Origin: Basidiobolus meristosporus CBS 931.73
Lineage: Eukaryota; Fungi; Basidiobolomycota
DNA: 64,000 bases
Assembly: GCA_002104905.1 (NCBI GenBank)
Contig: MCFE01000219.1
Location: forward strand, 60,252 to 124,251
Direction: 5' to 3'
Positions 35,160 through 46,052 of the stretch are shown here, piece after piece; within the stretch, counting starts at the first letter, position 1; the number at the start of each line of letters is the position of its first letter. Under the pieces are notes generated by a model. The model had not been told where the DNA came from, did not search any database, and was given only the letters and a program-made list of their open reading frames with translations. Made by a program: the position numbers and the translations under genes.

Positions 35160-37826
35160 TCCACAAATAGTTTGAGTAATAAAAAACTATGGCCTCCTGC
35201 TTACTAACCTCCACAAACATGGGCACCTGCTGCAATTGACATACTTCTAACACATTAACTTTATGGCTTTTTAGTGTGATACTTGTAAAGTTACCATATA
35301 CCTTGTACTACTGGTAATGTATACATCTTGCAAATATATGCTTGGTTGTCACCACTTCTGCCATGAATACCTCCTGAATATCTGCAAAGTACTTCTTGGT
35401 AATTAGCCAATATATTCCTTCCCCCTGCTAGATATTGTTCCCCCTGATAGGTGCGCTCTGACTTTTGTTTGTGTGAATTCCGTATTGAATGGTGTAGAAG
35501 TTGGGTTGTGACCATGAGAAATCCGGCATATCTTAGTATAGCTTTCTTGATAAAAATTAGTTGCTTGTTGCACCCAATGCAACTTTGCATTACTCAACTG
35601 ATTACCCACACATTAGGGCTGCTTAGCTTCTTAATGCCATGGGTATAGGTGTCTCCATATGCACATTTGTCCTCAATATTTTCCAACTCTTTCTGGCTGT
35701 CCACCATGTGCCAACTCATCACATCCATGACAGACTTGAAGGTAATATTCTTGATGAGATTGGGATATAATGGTACCTGCAACTTGACTTGTCTTCCTAT
35801 CTCCTCACACATTTGCTCCATAGGAAACTCCCAAATGGTGAAGCAAGCCCAATATTCTCAACACACTACGCAAGATGGAGTAGAGAATGGATACAGTAGC
35901 GGCAGAGATCTATGTGCTCAGCTTTATGCTTGTAGTATAACCAATCAAATCCTGTCACAAACTCCTCACACAACAGCTGTAGATGTGTCAAGTTGGCGTT
36001 GGTTATCCGCTTCTGGATAAATATTCCTACAATGTCCACATATGACTCCCAATGCTTCCAATGTACTCTTGGTAGGAATAGCTTCAGAACACCACTTGAA
36101 TAAATACATATCCAGTTCATCCAGTCTTTGCATTTGTATTGTTGCATATGCATATGAATACTAATAGGAGCCCATGAGAAATACTTGGGGTAGCAGAAAC
36201 TCTGTAATATATTGCCAATTCTTTCAAATTTCTCCGGTATCTTGAAGGACTCATTTAGCTTGAAATGCTCCATGTGCAACTTGGTCATGAGTATAGGGAT
36301 ATTGTTGAAATGCAAATGCATTGCTCCCAGTGGAAAGCTTTTGCTCCAACAGATACCCTCTATCTTAAGTATCTCTGGTTTCCAATTGATTCCCTATTCT
36401 GGCCAATGACTTATAGCTTGCCCACTTTGCTGCAATTGCATGCTTACTTCTGTACATTCTCTCTGTGGAAAGATGATATTCTTAGTGCTGGTGTTTGGGT
36501 AACAATAATGTGTGTGAGTTATGGAGTAAATCACCTGGATCTTACACATTCAACAGCAATACCGTCCATTATGCCCAGAAAAACCTGCTATCTTGCTGAT
36601 GGCTGGGGTATCTCCAATGTAGATAATAATTTGTGCTTTTACATGATGGCCATTTACCATTATCCTGCTGGAAAGCATACAAAATTCATCCAGTAATGGA
36701 TACAGGTAGCTATCCAGGTTGGACAGTGATTTAGGCCCAGATACCAGTGAGACTACCATCAGATTATTGCTCTGATACCATAAGATGGGCGGCAGATTCA
36801 GATCAATGAGAATCAGTGGCCAGCAGGATTTGCTGGTAGAGTACTTGCTTAATGAGAATCCATCAAGTGCTAAAGCAAAGGCATGGTCATACATACCTTC
36901 AAAGTAGCCCTTGCTTCTAGGCTGTTTGTAATGTTTGCCATCAAATATATTGGATATGTTTTTGCTTGATTGATACTGAGTGTGGTACTGTATAGCTTTG
37001 CAATATTTGTTGGACTGCATCAGCTTCCTCAGATGGGGCATGACTGGAATATATCCAGAGTGTGAACAGCGTTTTCCCTCAATGGTGGTAGAATCCTGCC
37101 AATTTGTACACATTGCAGTGGTAGTATTTTTGGATGTGAGTGCCATGCAACTGTTAACACATGCTGGAATCAGGACAGTCTCTGTTTCATATGTTGCCAG
37201 CCACATGACAGTTGTCCACTTGTACCATGTACAGGGTAAGTTGCATCCTGGTATGATTTTGCAAAGAAGTAGTAATAAATCCTCAAAGCCCCCATTACTG
37301 ATATTAGTGGAAACACACCACTTCTCTAGCCACAATATTACATCATTCACTAATAGATGGATTAATGTGCTCACTTGGCTCCATAAAGTATCCTTGGCAT
37401 TTGTTTCAACAGGTGTTGACTCATTGCCTATAGGGATTTGACCAGGCTCATATGTGGTTCTGTTGTTAGGGGAGATAGGCTCAAAATCCCTCAGTGAACC
37501 TTTTTTGTCAGAGCTATCACTATGTGTGCCATATTCAAAGGCTGAGGTGTGCCTAAAGGTGTCACAAGCTCACCTGACTCAGTTTGCACAAGGTGACAAA
37601 GACAGCCAGGTGCTAATATAGAAGTATCAACTGGCTAGCAAGATAATGTTGGCACAGTAGTGACCAATGAATGGTCATATATGACTTGGGTGGCAAAATA
37701 CTGGCCATGATCCTTGTAATACTTCCTATGCTGTCTGTGTGCTTCATGGCTGAGAGGCTTGCCACAATAGATACATGGTCTTTTTTCTCTTCTCTTATGG
37801 CATTGAGTCAAAGTAGTCTTGTCCAT
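35160..37826 (-). pseudogene. CACTA transposase (tnp2/TnpD-like), disrupted
   Basis: N-terminal CIYCGKPLSHEAHRQH; core NIFDGKHY...ALALDGF...CWPLILIDLNLPP...GPKSLSNLDSYLYPLLDEF...GDTPAISKIAGFSGHNGRYCC; MHLHFNN; DWMNWICIYS...HWKHW; HSLLHLA; FPMEQMC. The 3' limit is approximate. Confidence 0.85.
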
Positions 37827-38048
37827 GAGGCAAACAGTTTGACCTTGTACAACATAATGCTATTATATCACTTTTTGGTCAATACTCATGTGAACTTAAG
37901 ACAGTCTTGTATTTGAGACATTGTACCTACATAAATGTAAGATTCAATGATGACCCACCATAGTAAGCATTATAAATAAAGTTGTGGCACCACATACACA
38001 CGTATATGTAACACTACTTCCCATTTGGTTTGACTCACTTCCATATAT

Positions 38049-40109
38049 ATGCCACCAAAAAATAAAGCAAAGTTGTCTGGTTCTCAACCAATCCCCACCA
38101 CTGATGGCAACAGAAGAACAGTTGGACAACAGCTTGCTCTGACATTCAGTGTAACAAGTGGGGCTACATCCAAAAAAGGCCCTGTGGACAGTGAGCCCAT
38201 TGAAGGTAATAATGTGGACTCCTCAGGCTCTCAGTCAAGTAGACAATTGAGAATCACTGCAGAGCCACAAGCTGACCATTATGCTCAGGTAGATAAGAAT
38301 GTAGCAAATGCAGCACCCTCAATTGAAGACCAGCAAGTGGCCATAATAACATCACTACCACCCATATTAGCAAGTATGTTGTCAGCTCATACCAAAGCAT
38401 TAATGAAGCAATTAGGTGCAGTGACTGATAGGATAGATGCAATGGCCCACAGAAATCAGAAAATAGTACAGAAACAGGATGAGCAGATAACACATGTAGA
38501 GCAATCAATATCTCAGGTAGAGAAAGCAGTATCTTTACTGCAAAGAAGGAACTCAAGTAGCTCAATGTCACAGCCAAGAATTGAGCCATTTCCCAATGTA
38601 ACAGCAGAGGAACACTGTACAGTCTTTGAAGCACAACAACAGTGCCCAAAGATAAAGCCCACAGAAAAACCTATCACAGCATGGGAGGGAGACAATGTGG
38701 TGTTTATACCAAAGCCTAAAAGTCAAAAGACATTGAAGATCCATGAAGCTGTTGAGTACAATAATGAGGAGTGGGCTAATATACAAGAGGCCTTCAGAAG
38801 TCTAGCATGCCATCACCTTAAGGCCAGCATACCATGGGACTATTGGGAGCTCAAGGCCAAGCAGAATGCACTTGACTTGTTCTATGAGCATTATCCTGGA
38901 TTCAAACAGGCAAACAGATTTTGAGCCAGCATTGGTATGCTAAGAGAGTATCTTAAGAATAGCAGAAACTATCAAAGGCAGAAGAACAAGGGTGCCATGG
39001 CTAAAAACCAGCAGCTTCCTCAAGAGCCTGTTACAAGCAGGGCCAAAAGCTGCAGACAAGTGTCAAAGAGATGTCAGGTAGCTGGAAGAGTGCCAATTAG
39101 GGACAAGCAGGCAGACACATATGCACCAGCACAACATTTATCAAGGAAAAAGCATAGTACCACTCAAGAGGCACCCAGTCAAAGTATCAGTGAAGGACCT
39201 GGCAGTGATAAAAACCAGCAGCTTTTACAGGAGCCTGTCACAACTATGATTGAGAGCTCAAAACAAGCAGAAAAGATATGTCAGGTTGCCACAAGAATGC
39301 CAGCAAGGGACAAGCAGGCCAAAACAGATGCATCAGAGCAGAATTTATCTAGAAGAAAATGTAGTTCTTTACAAGAAGCACTCAAACAAAGTAGCAGTGT
39401 AAGACCTGGCAGTGATAAAGGAAAAGGTAAAGGGAGATGTTTCTACCCTAGCCTGAGACAGGGAGGCATGCAAAAAAAATTGCAGTTCTTGCCAATTAAT
39501 GCCACAAGCCAGGAACAGACTGAATCCCATCATAACCAAGAAGAATTACCAACAAGAAAACAGCTGTTTTCACAAGAGTTGGAAGCGCAGCCAGTTGAGC
39601 TACACTCCAGCAAGGCAGATGAGCTTGCTGAAAAAGGCTATTTGTATACCACAGCCTCCTCATCCTCCATTGTTGACAGAGTGGAGATCCCACTGACAGG
39701 CAAGGCTACAATGTCAAGAGCTCAAAAGACTATCACAATGCCTTCAGTGGAGTTTTGGATCATTAATAGGCACACCAAGAGGTTGCAGCACTTCTTCAAG
39801 AGCAGTGCTCAAGAAAACACACTGGAATATTGCAAGAATTTATTGCAAAGACTGACAGATGAGGAGCTACACCTTGCAGTGCAGGCTGAAGACCAGGACA
39901 TGTGGGAACCAGTGAATGAACAGTGGCATAAAGCTGTTGGGTTCCTGCCAATGTTGTGGAACCGGAGCATTATAGCAGAAATACTTATTGAGTGGTGGAT
40001 TTTAATGGAGTTACTTGTTGAGTGTGGGGTTGGGCTTAAAGTTAGTGTAGGGTATAGAGACTTGTATAGGTCAATGCAATTGGCAATTGAGGTACCACTG
40101 AAGTTTTAA
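38049..40109 (+). pseudogene. Second, divergently transcribed ORF of the CACTA element (about 686 codons, one internal TGA at 38922-38924)
   Basis: ORFs 38049-38924 and 38937-40109 are in the same frame, joined by ANRF*ASIGMLREYLKN (probably W to stop). Predicted coiled coil KQDEQITHVEQSISQVEKAV; lies within the TIRs. Confidence 0.7.
39003..39416 (+). repeat. 207-bp (69-aa) tandem duplication within CACTA ORF2
   Basis: KNQQLPQEPVT...CQVAGRVPIRDKQA...EGPGSD followed by KNQQLLQEPVT...CQVATRMPARDKQA...VRPGSD. Confidence 0.85.
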
Positions 40110-41811
40110 TGGAAATAAATCAATTTATACACATGAAAAGTAAGAGAAACAGTTGACTCAGGAAGTAAGGAGTGTGAAAAAGAGGCAATAGCCAACCAAT
40201 TCACACAAACATAGGAGACAATAGAGTGTCTGGGATCAGAAAGTGAGCAAATTGGCAGGGAACCAATCAAAAGCCACTTATACACTGTTGTGATGAAAAA
40301 TTTTGACTAAGTATTTTGTGAAATCTGGGGTGCAATTATTTTTGAACAGTCTCTGGATGGCATCCCATTGGGATCAGTACCTCTTAGTCACAGGACTTTA
40401 GCTTTGTGACTACCATTTGACTGGATTATCTTAATAATTTTTCATAGGGAATTCTTGCAATTCTAGGCTCTTGGTGATTGCTTGAGTCCATAGAGAGACT
40501 TTTTAAGCTTGCAGACTAAATAGGGATTATCTTGGTCAACAAACCCATCAGGCTGGTTGATATACATGTCCTCATCAAGTTCTCCATTCAGAAGTACAGT
40601 TTTTCATTCATTTGATGCATAAAAAACTTATATTTGGCTGCAGTAGCTAATATCTATCTGATGAAATTAAACTTGGCTACCAGTGCAAAGGTCTCAGTAT
40701 GGTCAAGTCCTTTTGTTTGAGAGTATCCTTTGGCCACAAGTCTTGCTTTGTATCTTTCAATTGTATCATCAGCCTTGTATTTTGTCTTAAAGACCCATCT
40801 GCATCCAATTGATTTTCAGTTGATTGGTAATTTGATTAAGTCCCAAGTTTGATTTTCCATTTGGGCCTGATATTCCTCAGTCATTGCAGATCTCCAAAAC
40901 TTTTCCTGAGGGCTATTTAGGACTTCTTTTACAGTCTGGGGCTCATCAATATGAACTGAATAGGCATAGGCACAGTTTGTACCCTCATTGATATAGTAAT
41001 TTGGGCTATTTCTTGTCCAGTTGGATCTCTGGGCATTTGATACTGGAATAATCATTTCTGGGATATTCTGGGCCCTGATTCATGCAGAACCATGGTTGAT
41101 GAGTCCTCTGGAATGACAAAGTTCTCATTGTCTTGCTCTGTTTCAATGCTGACTATTGGTGGACTTGAGACCAGATTTTTATCATCACCTGAAGTCATTT
41201 TTTGTGAGAATATTGCATTTTCATCAAACAACACATCCCTGTACTTGATTAGCTTCTTTGATTTGGTATTGTAGAGTCTGTATGCTTTACTATAATTGCA
41301 GTAGCCAAAAAATATGCATTTTGCACTTTTTAGTTCAAATTCTGACTGATTTCCAGGCAGTGTCTTGGCATATGCTGTACACCCAAATATTCTTGGATAT
41401 TCTGCACTTGGTCTGTATCCATACCATGCTTCAGATAGAGTAGAATCACAAAGTATTCTGTTTTAACTCCTATTTTTAAGGTATACAGCTGTTGCAATGG
41501 TTCAGCCCAAAAGTCAGAGGATAATTTTTGATCATGGATCATAGATCTTGCCATATCAATTATTGATCTGTTTGCACATTTTGCTGTGGGGAGTATGGTA
41601 CAGTAGTTACTTGCTTTATCCCATGAGTTTTGAGAAGTGGATGAAGAGTTTTGAAGTATATTCTCCACCATTATCAGTGCATATTTTCTTGATTTTTTCA
41701 CCAGTTTCTCTCTCCATCATGGCAATAAACTCCCTGAGCTTTGACAGGGCTTCTTCCTTTCTCTCCATTAAGTGGATCAATGTGTATCTTGCATAATTGT
41801 CAACAAAAGTG

Positions 41812-42415
41812 TAAGAAAAGTATATAAGGGAGGCTATCCCTCAGCAATAAGTCACCATCCCTTTTATCAATATTCCAACTTGTTGATTAGTGTGGTCACT
41901 GCTACCTGCTGCTACCTGAACTTCAAACCCCAGATTACAGGACACTCCCAGGAAACCATGCTGACAGCCAACGGACCTTGGAGGCACTACTTGTGAGGAA
42001 TACTCAGAGTAGGTATCTTTTATTATACTTGATTCTTTCCCAAGTTTGCTCTTGTACAGGCAAAGATACTTTTCTGTCTTTGTAACTATTGACCGCAGCT
42101 GCATTCTGATCAAGTCCCTACTGGTGGAGTTTACAGTGGCTTTGACTTTGGAAGCTTTAGTACATTGTCATCTCAAAGGATGCTGAACCCAGCACATACT
42201 TTTGTTAAGATGCCAACTAAGTTGGGGATTGTAGCTCAATAGTTTTCCCTTGACAATCTTATGGCTTTATTCCCCATCACATTAGATTAGAGACAGAACC
42301 CAAGTACTTGTAGCAAGCTTTTGCCAGAGGTTATTGCACCCAGTGAGCAACCCACACACAAGACACTTGAGAAGTGTTGGACATATCTCTCCCTTGGACT
42401 TATACACCACCACAG
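41812..42415. other. About 600 bp of non-copia sequence replacing about 210 bp of element B's integrase N-terminus
   Basis: Copia homology stops after the ITFVD-coding segment at 41811 and resumes at the FGHIKFDYLH-coding segment at 42416. The insert begins with a TATATAA box at 41821. Confidence 0.7.
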
Positions 42416-43417
42416 TGCAAATAATCAAATTTGATATGCCCAAATCTCTAGTGCCAAAGCATTGATGTTTCCTCATTTAAGTTACTTATATTGGCTTCCA
42501 GATATGATGGAATATAAGTCAACCTGTATAGATTCTGATCTCTGATACCTAAAGCAATACAAGCACCATTTTGATCAGTGATCCTGTATCCAGAACTGCA
42601 AAAGCTGACACTGAGTCCTTCTGCAGTGGCCTGGCTTACAGATAGTAGGTTCTTGGCTATTCCTGGTACAAAGAGTACTTCCTTAAAGGTCAGTGTATTG
42701 CTTCCTTCACTGCTTTTGAGGTTTACTTGGATAGTTCCTTCTCCCACTGCATCAAGTGTTCTATTGTCACCCATGAAAACCTTCTTGATTGGAATTTCTT
42801 GGTATTAGATAAAAAGTTCTTATTGGTGTGTTAAATGTTGAGATGCTCCAATGTCAATGTACCATGTCTGAGAATCCTTGTTTGTGGTCATATATAGTGC
42901 GGATATGAATAGTCTATTGTCAGTTGTTGCAGCATTTCCATATTCAAGCTTCTTTTGCTAATTATCTCTCTATTTGAGACACCAGTCTGATGTGTGTCCT
43001 TTCCTTTTGCAGTAGTTGCAAAGCAGGTTGCTGGTGCCTTTGTAGGGTCTTGGGTACCTCCTTTGTTAGTTATCATTGCTTATTAAAGCATTTTCTTCTT
43101 CCTTCTCATTTGCACTTGATTTTCTTAATTCTTCATCCAGGAACCTTCCATATACATAATTTAAGGTCAAATCTTCTGTTCTGGACTCTAGGGCTGATAC
43201 AAGGCCCTGAAACTTGTCTGCCAGACTCTTCAGGATAGTAACTATCACATCCTCATCAGTAGTTGGTACACCCACAGATTCCATCTAATCCACCAGCAGG
43301 GTAATTCTGTTAATTAGATTTTTCATTTCTTCTCCTGGCTGCATCTTTGTAGTAAAGAATTTTTGTCTCAGATACATTCTCTTAGCAGCTGAACATGACT
43401 GGTAGGTGTCTTCTAAT

Positions 43418-43766
43418 TGTTGTAAGAGTCTTGGAGATATTGGAAGTGATTGGGAGGACAAGTAGATTATGTGGTTTTCACTTAATGATTTATTGAATGT
43501 AAAAGTAGTATTTATACTTTTACCTGGTCTTGGCATTACAAACACATAGAATAGGTTAAAGAAGGTCCCAAGAACATGTGTGCAAAGTTTGGGGCTGTTT
43601 GGACAACTTTGAGAATTCTCATGTTCTGGGTACCTGGTATTTTGGTGAAAATATTCTAAGTAAATCCCAACAAGGAGTTTGGTCAGTATTCTCTAGGATT
43701 TGAAGGTAATGATCTAAGTGACTAAGTTAGGTGAATATTTAGGTGGAAATACGAATTTTTACAACA
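43418..43766 (-). mobile_element. Young solo LTR inserted in gag of element B
   Basis: 349 bp with perfect TSD CTAAT (43413-43417, 43767-43771). Only a handful of differences from the 3' LTR of element P. Confidence 0.95.
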
Positions 43767-44424
43767 CTAATGCCTTCCAGGCATTCTTTGCTGTTTTTGC
43801 TCTTGAGCATTGAATCAGCAATTTGTCTTTAATATTAAGGCAAATGCAGTTAAAGGCACTTTGTTCTTTCTTCTGATACTCCAAGTCTTCCTCTCCCATG
43901 CTTTTAGGAGGGCATTCTTCTCCCATAACAATATCCCAAAGGCCTCTTTCTTGTAGAAGCCTCTTCATCCTCACCTTCCACACTTGGTAGTTAGATCCAT
44001 CCAACTTTCAGCAGAGGGGAAATTCCAGTAATAGCAGTAGTAGCCAGTGCAGAGAGTGACAGCTTGGGGCCCATAGCCTGTTGTAAGAGTCTTGGAGATA
44101 TTGGAAGTGATTTGGGAGAACAAATATTTATGTAGTTTTCACTTGATGATTTATTGAGTGTAAAAGTACTATTTATACTTTTACATGGCCTTGGCATAAC
44201 AAACACATAGAGTAGGTTAAGGAAGGTCTCAAGAGCATGTGTGCAAAGCTGGGACTGTTTGGACAACTTTGAGAATTCTCATGTTCTGGGTACCTGGTAT
44301 TTTGGTGAAAATATTCTGAGTAAGTCCCAACAAGGAATTTGGTCAGCATTCTCTAGGATTTGAAGGTAATGATCTGTGACTAAGCTAGGTGAGCATTTAG
44401 GTGGAATTACAACTTTTTACAACA

Positions 44425-45318
44425 ACAGAGAGTGCCAGCTTGGTGCTCACAGCCTGTTGTAAGAGATTTGGAGATTTTAGATATAATTGGGGAACTAGTA
44501 GATTACTTAGTTATCACACAATGATTTATTGAATACCAAAGTAGTTTTTATACCTTAACATGGTCATGACAGAGCAAACTTGTAGGTTATGCTTAGAAAG
44601 ATGTAAAGAGCATGTGTGCAATGCTAGGGGCTGTTTAGCCAACATATTGAAATCCATGTTTTTGGTAACTGACAATTTGGTGAAAATACACCTGGAAAAT
44701 CCCAACAAGGAACTTGGTCAGGATTCTCTTGTTGTAAGAGTCTTGGTGATATTGGAAGTGACCTGGGAGGACAAGTAGATTGGTCCCAAGAACATGTGTG
44801 CAAGGTTTGGGGCTGTTTGGACAATTTATCTAATTTTCATGTTCTGGGTAAATATTCCAAGTAAATCCCAACAAGGAACTTGGTCAGTATTCTCTAGGAT
44901 TTGAAGATATTGATAAAAGTGACTAAGTTAGGTGAATATTGAGATGGAATTACAAGTTTTTACAATAACTCTAAGACATGTGGGTAATAAGCCAGGTGAC
45001 TAAGTTAGGGGAATACTTATGTGCAATTAAAAGCTTTTACTACAATTGGGTGAACAAGTAAATATTGTAATTCTCACTAGATGTTATATTGCATGCAAAA
45101 GTAGCAATTATACTTTTACATGGCTTTGGCAGAATAAACATGTAGAATATGCTCAGGTCTCAAGAGCATGTGTGCAAAGTTTGGGGGTGTTTAAACAGTT
45201 TTGAAACATTTCATATTCTGGGTACCTGATGTGTTGGCAAAAATATTCAAAGTAAATCCCAATAAGGCTTTTTGCCAGAATTCTTGAAGAATTGTCAACT
45301 ATGATCCAAGTGACTAAT
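44425..45318 (-). mobile_element. 5' end of element A (leader, PBS, 5' LTR 44455-45044), with nested LTR 44730-44967 and a further LTR fragment 45045-45318
   Basis: Leader acagagagtgccagcttggtgctcacagcc precedes the LTR. The nested LTR is flanked by TCTCT/ACTCT and is internally deleted. All copies are in minus orientation. Confidence 0.8.
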
Positions 45319-46052
45319 AGACTTGTTCCGTTGGATAGTGCCACATTGAGCCATGAGTGCCAAATGATGCCATAGTGTGCCAGGGAGGCTAAGTGAGCCT
45401 ATACTTGGCCACAGAGTGTGAAACATAGATCTGCATCTTCATGCAAAGCAGCCCCTGTGTTTCACCAATTGTGTTGGAGGAAATCCATTTTTTGACCTTT
45501 TTTTTTAGGTCAATGTTGTGCAGGATGTGTAAGAGCACAAATAGATTGAAAATATGCATTTGGTACTCAATACCCATGGCACTCTGAATCTAGCTCCTGT
45601 GGCTTGTAACATGTCACAACAATGCATGGCACTATCTTGGTCCACTGGTACTATATGGCACTATAAGTGCTTTGTATAGATCTTACTTTAGGGCTAATAA
45701 TTAAATATAGTGCCAGATAGTACCAGTGGACCAAGATAGTGCCATGCATTGTTGTGACATGTTACAAGCCACAGGAGCTAGATTCAGAGTGCCATGGGTA
45801 TTGAGAATCTGATGCATGTCTTCAGTTCTTCTGTGCTCTTACACATCCTGCATAACATTGATCCACAAAAAAATGTCAAAAAATGAATTTTCTCCTGCAT
45901 CATAGGTGAAACACTGGGGCTGCTTTGCATGAAGATGCAGATCCATGTTTCACACTCTGTGGCCAAGTATAGGCTCACTTGGCCTCTCTGGCACACTATG
46001 GCATCATTTGGCACTCATGGCTCAATGTGGCACTATCCAACAGAACAAGTCT
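45319..46052. mobile_element. Foldback / long-TIR MITE-like palindrome (two 347-bp arms, 40-bp spacer at 45666-45705)
   Basis: AGACTTGTTCCGTTGGATAGTGCCACATTGAGCC... pairs with ...GGCTCAATGTGGCACTATCCAACAGAACAAGTCT. The inner ~100 bp of the arms differ at about one position. Repeated TGGCAC/GTGCCA motifs. Flanks are compatible with a TA or AAT duplication. Confidence 0.85.

Larger units (their letters stand above)
34306..40449. mobile_element. EnSpm/CACTA (CMC superfamily) DNA transposon with CCCTA termini, 6144 bp, inserted in RT of element B
   Basis: 12-bp TIR CCCTATGAAAAA...TTTTTCATAGGG, flanked by AATT on both sides (34302-34305, 40450-40453). Copia RT sequence resumes seamlessly on each side. 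Encodes a Transposase_21-like protein. Confidence 0.88.
28850..44424 (-). mobile_element. Ty1/copia element B with nested insertions; inserted 30 bp downstream of the 5' LTR of element A
   Basis: 5' LTR 44079-44424, PBS 44067-44078, gag 44050-42880, integrase 41810-41000, RT/RNaseH 40900-40450 and 34305-33243, and a 12-bp remnant of the 3' LTR at 28850. A perfect 5-bp TSD ACAGA lies at 28845-28849 and 44425-44429. Confidence 0.85.

Noticed and set aside
34302-40453. piggyBac identity suggested by CCC...GGG ends and a 4-bp AT-only flank
   Set aside because: The encoded transposase is clearly EnSpm/CACTA-type, the flank is AATT rather than TTAA, and the TIR begins CCCTA.
25835-45318. Regularly recurring ~350-bp repeats as a CRISPR-like or satellite array
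   Set aside because: They are TG...CA LTRs with PBS, PPT and TSDs, not short repeat-spacer units.
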